This document shows positions 17,574 to 25,872 of a stretch of DNA of 64,000 nt, one piece after another (position 1 is the first letter of the stretch; each line of letters opens with the position of its first letter). Both the position numbers and the translations under genes were made by a program. Below the pieces are notes generated by a model that made no database searches, was not told the origin of the DNA, and was given only the letters and a program-made list of their open reading frames with translations. The stretch comes from a virus. The stretch lies in IMG/VR virus record IMGVR_UViG_3300029121_000001; one strand, 5' to 3'.

Positions 17574-18728
17574 TTATTCATTCTTAGTATAATTTGCAAA
17601 GAATGTTACGTTACCAGTAGATCCAGAAGGAATATACTCAGGATCCCAATGATCAAATTTATATCCATCCTTTACAGGATTACCAGGATAATAATCTTCA
17701 TCTTCAATAGTATAACAATCTTTAGCAAACATTAGAGATCCATCATCAAGCATATAATTAATATCATATGCAATAGGAATATAAATAAATGTATAAATGA
17801 TATCCTTATTATTTATCTCAACAGATTCAGTTTCAGCAATATATCCAGGAACATTATTCGGATAAACAATATTTCCGGGACACTCACTAGAAATCCAATT
17901 CTTAAGCTCCTTACCAGAAGAAGACATATATACAATATTTACATTCCATTTATACCAATCAGGAGTTCTTCCAGCGTTAAATGCACTTGTACCAATAAAT
18001 GCATCTGTAATATCTTTGAACTTTCCTCCATGTCCCCAATCATTCACTGCTTGAACATCGGAAAGTAGAGTACAATCTTTAAATAGGCTATTGACATCTA
18101 CATCTTCTCCGCATACAAAAGATTGTAAAGCAGAGATATCATATAGACTTGTCATACCTTCAAATGCATGACTCATATCTTTATTACAATGAATTGCATC
18201 ATCACAATAAATAGCAATAATTCCATGAGTATAATATGCATAAATAGAGGTATGAGTACTAGAAATATCGAGGTATTCAGTAGTATTTCCAATAGAATCT
18301 ACTAGATTAATACCAATAATATTTTCTAGACCATTTGCAAGCATATTAAATGCATTATTAATCTCATTACCTGTAACAAGAATGGGAAGTTCTTTCCAAG
18401 TAGCATTAAAAGTAATATTTCCAATAGATCCAGAAGGAATAGACTTAGGCTCCCATCCATTGAAATAGAATCCTTCTTTTTCAGGAATAGGAGGAGTATA
18501 ATCTTCATCTTCAATAGTATAGGTTCTCTTAATAGATTTTTCATCAAGGGAACCACCATCCAGATTATAATCAATGGTATATTCTATTGGAGTATAAACA
18601 AATTGAAACTGTTGCCCATCTTCAGTAAGAACTTGTCCTTCAGGAGCAGTATATCCAGGAATTTTCTTAGGAAGAACAATAGTATCTTTTTCTGCCATAG
18701 AGCAGAATTCACCAATAATCTTATTCAT
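17574..18728 (-). CDS. surface/receptor-binding-type protein: two Listeria-Bacteroides (Flg_new) repeats flanking an LRR/BspA-like region
   Basis: N- and C-terminal copies of Y..I.Y.I.Y.LdgG......Yt(I)EDEDY.p..P.k.G(F/Y).F.GW.p..IPSGS.GN(I/V)TF.A.(W/Y). SD GGAGG. Confidence 0.65.
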   Translation of the reverse strand: MNKIIGEFCSMAEKDTIVLPKKIPGYTAPEGQVLTEDGQQFQFVYTPIEYTIDYNLDGGSLDEKSIKRTYTIEDEDYTPPIPEKEGFYFNGWEPKSIPSGSIGNITFNATWKELPILVTGNEINNAFNMLANGLENIIGINLVDSIGNTTEYLDISSTHTSIYAYYTHGIIAIYCDDAIHCNKDMSHAFEGMTSLYDISALQSFVCGEDVDVNSLFKDCTLLSDVQAVNDWGHGGKFKDITDAFIGTSAFNAGRTPDWYKWNVNIVYMSSSGKELKNWISSECPGNIVYPNNVPGYIAETESVEINNKDIIYTFIYIPIAYDINYMLDDGSLMFAKDCYTIEDEDYYPGNPVKDGYKFDHWDPEYIPSGSTGNVTFFANYTKNE

Positions 18729-18730
18729 TA

Positions 18731-19663
18731 TTAACCTCCAATAGATTCACCAGTAGAGGAAACACATGTAGCATAATAAGCAAGAGCAGTTTTACTATTA
18801 TTATATTCAAACCAAGCAAATAAAGTCATATTACCATTAGGCTTATATTTGGTAGGATCTATAATAGTTGCAGCAATCTTACTAGTACTCCATCCCTTAA
18901 ATGTAAATCTAGCATCTTTCCAAGAAGGATCAGCAATCTTACCGATTGTATCTCCATCTTTAATAGAGATATCTTTAGGAAGCACTAGGTCAGTAATTCC
19001 TTCTTCATTGGATTCAAAACTGATAATAAAGTTATCACTACCAGTTAGATCTAGTTTAATATTATAAGTACCTTGGTCATAATTTTTTAGTACATATACG
19101 TCATATGCGACATAGCTACCAGCTGTAGAATTCATTGCATATACACGATCTTCAATTGTATATTCAATTGCCTTATTAGTATCATTATTCTTAAAAGTCG
19201 CATTATAGTTAATAGGCACATAGAAGCAAGGATAATATCCTTCTGCGACATTCATTTTAATAACATCAGAATCTGTCGTTACATTTTGGCCAATCAATAG
19301 ATAATTCTTAGATGTATCATAAGAATCAATAAGTCCATAATAAACATAGCTGGTGGTAGACTTACTACCACCTTCTGCATCTTCAGTCGCTGTAATTACA
19401 TAATACCAATGATTCTCTTCTCTGTCTTTTACAGGAGGAATAGTCTGTTCAGTTACAATATGAATGACTGCAGATCCATCTTGAATCTCTTTAATACTTT
19501 CTCTTATATTGCCTGTGATATTAATATATCCATTATCTTTTTTGATATATAGATCTTCATTATCTATATCAACAACCAATTCATGATTTTGATGATTGTT
19601 TTTATTTTTAAATTCATCAAGCACGATTGGAATTCTGGCAATATACTTGTCATTATCAGCCAT
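18731..19663 (-). CDS. hypothetical protein with a C-terminal Flg_new-like repeat (possible fibre/adhesin)
   Basis: C-terminus DPSWKDARFTFKGWSTSK...NMTLFAWF. SD AAAGGAGG. Confidence 0.65.
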   Translation of the reverse strand: MADNDKYIARIPIVLDEFKNKNNHQNHELVVDIDNEDLYIKKDNGYINITGNIRESIKEIQDGSAVIHIVTEQTIPPVKDREENHWYYVITATEDAEGGSKSTTSYVYYGLIDSYDTSKNYLLIGQNVTTDSDVIKMNVAEGYYPCFYVPINYNATFKNNDTNKAIEYTIEDRVYAMNSTAGSYVAYDVYVLKNYDQGTYNIKLDLTGSDNFIISFESNEEGITDLVLPKDISIKDGDTIGKIADPSWKDARFTFKGWSTSKIAATIIDPTKYKPNGNMTLFAWFEYNNSKTALAYYATCVSSTGESIGG

Positions 19664-19731
19664 GTGCTTAGCCTCCTTTTATAAAAAATAAGTAGCACCA
19701 TTAATATTAAGTTTTGCAGAGCCAAATAAAA

Positions 19732-19758
19732 GGTGGAGAGGAGTCAATCCTCTCCACC
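19732..19758 (-). terminator. strong rho-independent terminator
   Basis: GGTGGAGAGGA-gtcaa-TCCTCTCCACC, then TTTTATTT on the minus strand. Confidence 0.85.
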
Positions 19759-19764
19759 AGTGTT

Positions 19765-19890
19765 TTACTCAGCAGCAGACTCTGCAACAACCTTCTGATC
19801 TTCATCGCTCAGAACATCTGCTCCAAGACCCAGATCACCCTGTTCGGTAATCACAGAATACTTTGCATCAGTAGACTTTTCAGTACACAT
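19765..19890 (-). CDS. small acidic protein, 41 aa (below the ORF-track cutoff)
   Basis: MCTEKSTDAKYSVITEQGDLGLGADVLSDEDQKVVAESAAE. SD GGAGGT 8 nt upstream. GC-rich, optimal-looking codons. Terminator immediately downstream. Confidence 0.65.
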   Translation of the reverse strand: MCTEKSTDAKYSVITEQGDLGLGADVLSDEDQKVVAESAAE

Positions 19891-19931
19891 AATATCTACC
19901 TCCATTTATAGATTATAATAAAGTGAATAGT

Positions 19932-20852
19932 TTAACTTCTCACGATATCATAAATTTTTTCAAGTTCAGATACATAGTAACGAATCTGTTCAACAAGAGT
20001 TTCGTTAATATCATTATTAAAGTCAATTGCTAGAGTAGAATAATATAGCATCTTCTTGAAGATATCATCAACAAGTTTTTTACCATACTTATCCTTGCCA
20101 TACTTAGCAATCATCTTATTATAAGCTTGATTGCACAGCTGTAGATATTGCATCTGCGTCTGAACAAGTTGATTCATATAAGCAGTATTGCTATAAATAT
20201 TAGCAATATCTTCTTTATAAACCATCAGAACAGTTTCAAGTCTCTGATTCTTATAATCCTTGCACAGAAGTACAGGCTTAGTGTGAGAAATATATTCATA
20301 GCTATGATATACATCTTCGACATCTTTCATCAAAGAATCATACATACCTTGGAAATCATGCTTCTTATTATCAGAAACATTATTAACATATTCCATAATT
20401 TTATCAATTTCATTGATAAAATATTCAGAGTTATATGCTAGCAGATCAGGAGTGATCTTATACATCTTGCGAGGATCTTTAGTATCTTTAAGAACAGCTG
20501 TCTTAGTAGTAGCATTAACCTTATCATTACGATGCTTAAAACGAGCCATCTTATCATTCTTGAGCATATCATCTACCTTAGCGTAGATATCATTAAGCTC
20601 TTTAGTTTGATCAAGAATTTTTTGTACATTAATACTATACTTATTCTTGATATAAGCCATCATCATTGTAATGATAGCAGCAACTGTCATACCAGCAAAG
20701 AGAGCAACATCAGATTCTTGAAGATACTTCTTAGTATCTTCAGACTGACAAGCTTCCTTACATGCTTGAAGAATCATATCACATTGAGTACTAGTGAGAC
20801 CATTCTCAACCATATACTCTTTCAGGGGCTCATTAGGCATACGGAATACCAT
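19932..20852 (-). CDS. hypothetical membrane-anchored protein
   Basis: 306-aa ORF, SD AAGGAGG. One hydrophobic helix ALFAGMTVAAIITMMMAYI. Confidence 0.75.
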   Translation of the reverse strand: MVFRMPNEPLKEYMVENGLTSTQCDMILQACKEACQSEDTKKYLQESDVALFAGMTVAAIITMMMAYIKNKYSINVQKILDQTKELNDIYAKVDDMLKNDKMARFKHRNDKVNATTKTAVLKDTKDPRKMYKITPDLLAYNSEYFINEIDKIMEYVNNVSDNKKHDFQGMYDSLMKDVEDVYHSYEYISHTKPVLLCKDYKNQRLETVLMVYKEDIANIYSNTAYMNQLVQTQMQYLQLCNQAYNKMIAKYGKDKYGKKLVDDIFKKMLYYSTLAIDFNNDINETLVEQIRYYVSELEKIYDIVRS

Positions 20853-20871
20853 TTATAATTCCTCCTTAAAA

Positions 20872-21201
20872 TTAAAAGTGTTTAGTTCTATAAGAACTTT
20901 TCTTTTTAATCATTTGTCTGCATTTAGTACAAATATTTTGAATATAATCAATCTCAAGTTGAGCTTTTAGACGATCATATTTATCTTTAGCAGATTTCTT
21001 TTCTTCTTTTGCTTTAGAAAGTTCATCAATCTTTTTAGATAAAGTAGATTGAAGTCTATCAATATTATAATCAGAAACAGATAGACAAAAAGCATTATAC
21101 TTTTTATCATACATGAGTTCGAGATCAGAAATGTCATCTCTTCTCTTATCATATTCTTCTATCTTATCTCTAATTCCTTCTTGTAGATAGTCAAATCTCA
21201 T
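20872..21201 (-). CDS. hypothetical coiled-coil protein
   Basis: ATG at 21201 behind SD GGAGGT (the listed ORF starts at 21246). Confidence 0.65.
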   Translation of the reverse strand: MRFDYLQEGIRDKIEEYDKRRDDISDLELMYDKKYNAFCLSVSDYNIDRLQSTLSKKIDELSKAKEEKKSAKDKYDRLKAQLEIDYIQNICTKCRQMIKKKSSYRTKHF

Positions 21202-21217
21202 AAGATATGACCTCCAA

Positions 21218-22384
21218 TTAGTTATTAAGTTCTTCATATCTATCATCTATAGCACCAAACAGAGCATCATTATCGGTGTCCTGTTCTCGTCTATCTCCAC
21301 CAAAGTTCTTATAAAGTAGCGTATAGTAGATACGAATAATTCTCATAGAATCTTGATCCTTCGGGAAATTGATATAATCATCAATAAGCTTATTAAGTTT
21401 ATTAAGCTCAGCGACAAGTTCTTTCTTAATCTTAGGATCAAGTCCTTCTTTAGCAATTTCTCGTTTTAGATAATCTACAGAAGTCTTAATACGAGCAAGA
21501 TCTCCAGGATGTTCATCTTGAACATTAAGTACATAATTTAGAAAATCATTAAAATATAAGAGATATGCTTCAGTATATTCAATGAAAGGAGGATATTGCT
21601 GTACTCCATAATATTCTCCATAGAGTTTATTAGTCATCTTCATAAGGCATCTATGAAGTTCTTCTGCATATCCGAACATCGCAGCAAATGTATCAGCAAA
21701 CTTTTCATTCGTATAATCATATCTAGATCTACGCATATTATCCTTCATAGATTCACTAAAGAATTGAGGCATTAGATCATGAAGGTTTTTACGAATACTA
21801 ATAATAGCAGAACTAAACTTACTTAGCTCTTGAGATACACTATAAGTACTAACCTTTTCTTTAGACTTAATTTTACTCATAATCATTTCATTGATTTTAG
21901 CTACAAGCAGATTAAGTCTACGAGCAGATGTATACTTACTATCTTTATTAGTAACAGCATCAAAGAAGCTATGACCAATTTCATGAAGCATAACAGCAAT
22001 CAATTCTTCATCTGTATAAAGATCATCGTCAATTAAGCCACTATTAATAGCCATAATAAAGCTAACACCAGGAAATACTTTCTTATACTTAAATCCAGTA
22101 GCATCTGCAGTAATAGAATTAAAAATTCTTTTCTTTTCATCTTCAGTATAATAAGTATCTACAGGCCAAGCATACGCATTAGGAAGATGACTAGGTTGAA
22201 TATAAAGAGCAAATGATTTGAAACCAAAAGTAACTTCTGCAATTCTATTAAATTTTAGAATTTCAGTATCTAGATTTGTATTACTAGTAACAGGTTTCAT
22301 TTTAATTTTCTTTCTTAGTTTGGTAAATTGATCCTGAAGTGTTTTGATAGAATCTTTACCAAAATATACTTCATTAAATATCAT
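21218..22384 (-). CDS. putative zinc metallopeptidase (HExxH)
   Basis: AVMLHEIGHSFFD in a 388-aa ORF. SD GAGGTGAG. Confidence 0.6.
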   Translation of the reverse strand: MIFNEVYFGKDSIKTLQDQFTKLRKKIKMKPVTSNTNLDTEILKFNRIAEVTFGFKSFALYIQPSHLPNAYAWPVDTYYTEDEKKRIFNSITADATGFKYKKVFPGVSFIMAINSGLIDDDLYTDEELIAVMLHEIGHSFFDAVTNKDSKYTSARRLNLLVAKINEMIMSKIKSKEKVSTYSVSQELSKFSSAIISIRKNLHDLMPQFFSESMKDNMRRSRYDYTNEKFADTFAAMFGYAEELHRCLMKMTNKLYGEYYGVQQYPPFIEYTEAYLLYFNDFLNYVLNVQDEHPGDLARIKTSVDYLKREIAKEGLDPKIKKELVAELNKLNKLIDDYINFPKDQDSMRIIRIYYTLLYKNFGGDRREQDTDNDALFGAIDDRYEELNN

Positions 22385-22394
22385 TTATCTCACC

Positions 22395-23138
22395 TCAAAT
22401 TGAAATCATATCTATCATGATAGAGAAAGACATATCAAGGATAGTAGATATTACATAAGCAATAGAACTCATTTTATCGACAGTAGCTGGATCATCATTT
22501 AAATGTGCAATCTTTCTAAATTCTTCAGACATAAGAATAGATTGAACAGAAATTCTAATATTATCAAATGTAATACCAGTTATAGATTTAGCTATGCTTG
22601 AAGTATTACCAGTAATTAGGAAATTAATTCCTACAATAGAAGATTTATAGATAGTAAGCACTTCTCTATATTCTTTTTCAAACCCATATTTTACTGCAAC
22701 AGACATACCGAGATTACTATTAATAGGCTCAAGTACATATTTTACAATCATATTAAAAATTGCACCCAAACCTACTTTTCTACAAATATATCTAAGAGCT
22801 ATCATAATAAGATAAGTATTTATATTATAAATACCTCCTACTAAGAACATTGCTCTTACATAATTTATAGATTTGAATTTACCTCCAGAAGGCATGAATC
22901 CTTGCAAATTAGATTTCTTATAAAGCTCTTCCATATTATCAGAAATAATCTCGTAGAGCTTCTTTCTAACATTTTCTGTTAAAGCTTTAGATCTAACAGC
23001 TTGATCAGCCATAAAGGAAGTAAATTGTTCTATAGATTTATCATGATCTATTTCTATATGAAAGAAATCTACAAGAGCTTCATTGAAATATTGTTCAGAT
23101 AGAAGTTCTTGAGAATATTCAATAGAATATATAGCCAT
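22395..23138 (-). CDS. membrane protein with an MAIYS leader, degenerate paralogue of 23638..24501
   Basis: The C-terminal half aligns with the neighbour (KYGFEKEY..., MSEEFRKI...), but the EExxK and HxxxN motifs are absent. SD GGGGGTGA. Confidence 0.7.
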   Translation of the reverse strand: MAIYSIEYSQELLSEQYFNEALVDFFHIEIDHDKSIEQFTSFMADQAVRSKALTENVRKKLYEIISDNMEELYKKSNLQGFMPSGGKFKSINYVRAMFLVGGIYNINTYLIMIALRYICRKVGLGAIFNMIVKYVLEPINSNLGMSVAVKYGFEKEYREVLTIYKSSIVGINFLITGNTSSIAKSITGITFDNIRISVQSILMSEEFRKIAHLNDDPATVDKMSSIAYVISTILDMSFSIMIDMISI

Positions 23139-23142
23139 TATA

Positions 23143-23628
23143 TCACCCCCAATTATTACTCATTCTTAATTGAAGATTTTTATTTTTATCATAATCAACA
23201 AGAGTCATGGTATTAATATATATCTTAGGCTGACTCTTTAATATAAATTTTACTCCAATTTGTCCACATGGATGAATATTTTCTGTTTTATATTCTTTAT
23301 AACATGCACGTTGGTATTCCAAATCATCTTTAACATCTTTTGGGGACTTATAATGATTATTAAATGCACCATTTATATTTTGAATTTGAATTGTATTCAT
23401 GTTTACTTTAGAAAATTTTTTGAAATATGCATTAGCTGTAAAATCAACTATCTTATTCCAATCTCTTTCTACTAAATGAATAGCCATCCATATTTTATCA
23501 TCATCAACATCACAAAATCTTGTATCTCTACTACTCAATAACATTTTTCCTTTAAGTTTAAAAGGATTGATCAAATGATAATTTTCATTTAATAATGAGC
23601 AACAATAGTCTATAGAATATATAGCCAT
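23143..23628 (-). CDS. hypothetical soluble protein with an MAIYS leader
   Basis: 161-aa ORF, SD AAGGAGG. Its first 17 nt are identical to those of 22395..23138. Confidence 0.75.
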   Translation of the reverse strand: MAIYSIDYCCSLLNENYHLINPFKLKGKMLLSSRDTRFCDVDDDKIWMAIHLVERDWNKIVDFTANAYFKKFSKVNMNTIQIQNINGAFNNHYKSPKDVKDDLEYQRACYKEYKTENIHPCGQIGVKFILKSQPKIYINTMTLVDYDKNKNLQLRMSNNWG

Positions 23629-23637
23629 ATATCCTCC

Positions 23638-24501
23638 TTATAGAACCATTGATGCTAGGCAAGCAGCAGAGTTCCAAGAAACATGAATCAATGTACCAAT
23701 AGTATATGCACATAGAGTTGCTTGGTCTTTTGCATCTTTGGTATCTTTAATCTTAAACTTCTTTCTGAATTCTTCAGTAGAGAATATTTTGTTAATATAT
23801 GTAGTAAAGTTATGCATACCAACTACTGCTCCTCTGACAAGAATGGAGTCAATAATAGGAATACCAATTGCAGTCATTTGAACAACATAAGAAGTGAATT
23901 CATAAGAATTGAATACAATCATATATTCCTTCTCAAATCCACCTTTAACAGCAATAGATTTAGATGCTTCTTCAATGATAGGAGCACCAATAATGGCATA
24001 AATAGTTCCACCAACAGCAGGCATTAAGATTGTAAGAACACTATTTACCAATACACTAATAGTAAGAACATAGATAAATAGTACTAGAGCATTTTGAGTA
24101 TTTCTCTTATCTTTACATTTCTTAAGCCCAGGATTTTGTGCAATAACAGCTGCATCGATATTATCTGCAAATTCTTGAAATAGATCAGATACAATATTAT
24201 GAATTTGCTTCTTGGTTTCAGGAGTAGCTCCATTTTTCTTAATGGTATTTGCTATTTCCTTAGAAGCTTTATTAATCATCTGAGAACTGTTCTTAATACC
24301 AAGCTTGCTAAAGTCAGATTTAGGAGCAGCTGCTTCTATAATATAATCTTCTAGCAATGATCTATTAGAATTTAGATTATTACAAATTCTCTGTATATCT
24401 TTTGCAGAAAGATAAAAATCATTTTCATTAAAAGAACTAAGCTCATTACTAAAAGCTTCATTGACAATATTAAAACAGTTTCCAGAAGAAAATATTGCCA
24501 T
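23638..24501 (-). CDS. multi-pass membrane protein with PrsW/CPBP-like motifs and an MAIFS leader
   Basis: Start moved to the ATG at 24501 behind SD GGAGGTG. Motifs GAPIIEEASKSIAV (EExxK), GMHNF, LIHVSWNS (HxxxN) lie in hydrophobic segments. Confidence 0.6.
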   Translation of the reverse strand: MAIFSSGNCFNIVNEAFSNELSSFNENDFYLSAKDIQRICNNLNSNRSLLEDYIIEAAAPKSDFSKLGIKNSSQMINKASKEIANTIKKNGATPETKKQIHNIVSDLFQEFADNIDAAVIAQNPGLKKCKDKRNTQNALVLFIYVLTISVLVNSVLTILMPAVGGTIYAIIGAPIIEEASKSIAVKGGFEKEYMIVFNSYEFTSYVVQMTAIGIPIIDSILVRGAVVGMHNFTTYINKIFSTEEFRKKFKIKDTKDAKDQATLCAYTIGTLIHVSWNSAACLASMVL

Positions 24502-24602
24502 TTGCCATACACCTCCATTAAAGTTTATTAGATTAATAAGATGTAAAATAAAAAGATCCATAGGATCTACTCCTATGGATCTCATTTTACTGAAAATTGG
24601 AG

Positions 24603-25334
24603 TTAAATCTCGTCTTCTTCAATAACCATCTGAACACCAGCACTCTCCAGAGTAGCACGGATATCCGGATCAGTGTTACCATGGATCAGGACCTTCAGAT
24701 TAGCAGCAGAGATATCATCAGCCTCATGGCAAGCAATGATACCATTCAGAGTCTCAATAACAGACTCACAATTCAGTTCTGCACACTTCTGGACATCCTC
24801 AACATCAGTGAAGAACTCATCGTCAGAACGCTTTGCAACAACAACGTTGTTGTAGTCACGCTTGACAGCATCCACAGGGTTTACAGTCTGAGGATCCTCA
24901 GCTACAGAGACCTCATTGTCATTCGGGCCAACCTGAACGTCAACGGTGACATCATCGACATCGCCCTCATGGACATAGCGAGTGCACTGAACACCATAAC
25001 TCTCCAGGCCATTGACATACTTCATGGTGCTCTCATCAATAACAACATGAATGTTATCAGCAGCAACACCCTCATTGCAAGCAATGACATTATTCAGAGT
25101 TTCCATCATATTGCAACCTTCCAGCTTGGAGAAGTTAACAATATCCTTGCAATCAACGAAGTAACCTTCATTGGTCTTAGCAACAGGAATAGTGTTAGGA
25201 TCAGACTTAGCACCAGAGACAGGGTTCTCAATTGCATCGTCACCAAAAGATGCAGTAACCTCATGATCGGGACCGACTTGAACATCGATATCGTCTAGAC
25301 CCATATCATCATTTTCGTCAAAGTAATCTAGCAT
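24603..25334 (-). CDS. very acidic protein made of two copies of an approximately 95-aa module
   Basis: DVQVGP...VAK...(Y/F)F(V/T)D..D(I/V)......C....ETLN.(V/I)IAC(N/H)E......N(I/L).V.I occurs twice. C/G-ending codon bias. SD AAAGGAAGG. Confidence 0.85.
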   Translation of the reverse strand: MLDYFDENDDMGLDDIDVQVGPDHEVTASFGDDAIENPVSGAKSDPNTIPVAKTNEGYFVDCKDIVNFSKLEGCNMMETLNNVIACNEGVAADNIHVVIDESTMKYVNGLESYGVQCTRYVHEGDVDDVTVDVQVGPNDNEVSVAEDPQTVNPVDAVKRDYNNVVVAKRSDDEFFTDVEDVQKCAELNCESVIETLNGIIACHEADDISAANLKVLIHGNTDPDIRATLESAGVQMVIEEDEI

Positions 25335-25363
25335 AAAAATATACCTTCCTTTGCAAAGAATTT

Positions 25364-25377
25364 AATATCCGGATATT
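25364..25377. repeat. 14-bp perfect palindrome AATATCCGGATATT
   Basis: Read directly from the sequence, about 30 nt upstream of the 25334 start. Confidence 0.8.
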
Positions 25378-25382
25378 TATAA

Positions 25383-25871
25383 TCAACCAAATAGATCGAA
25401 ACTAACATTAGATCTGTTAATTTCCATCTTGGTAGATTCACTCATATTATCATAATCAGAACGACGAATTGCTACTCTCATATTAGAAGGTTCAAGATCA
25501 TCATGAGCCATCATAATATTATTCATAGCAGCTTCATACTTAGTTTCCTTACATGCATCCATATAGCACTTCAAATCATTATGATCGACATAATAATTAT
25601 CACCATACTTTGCAATCATAACATTACGAGGATCCATACGAAGCTTGTCAATAGCCTCAATAGGTGTATTAGCTTCAATCGGAGGATCGTCGTCAGGAAT
25701 AGATATAGGAGTATCGCTTGAAACTCCATCTCCAGTAGGATCTTCATCATCATGAAGAACTACCTTAACATCTGCATCCATGTTATCATTCTGGGTTCTT
25801 AGATCAACAGGATTTTGAAAATATACATGACAATCTCTAGGGATTTCACACTCTTCTAGAGTATAAGACAT
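25383..25871 (-). CDS. acidic protein with one copy of the same module as 24603..25334
   Basis: VMIAKYGDNYYVDHNDLKCYMDACKETKYEAAMNNIMMAHDDLEPSNMRVAI. SD AAAGGAGGA. Confidence 0.8.
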   Translation of the reverse strand: MSYTLEECEIPRDCHVYFQNPVDLRTQNDNMDADVKVVLHDDEDPTGDGVSSDTPISIPDDDPPIEANTPIEAIDKLRMDPRNVMIAKYGDNYYVDHNDLKCYMDACKETKYEAAMNNIMMAHDDLEPSNMRVAIRRSDYDNMSESTKMEINRSNVSFDLFG

Positions 25872-25872
25872 T

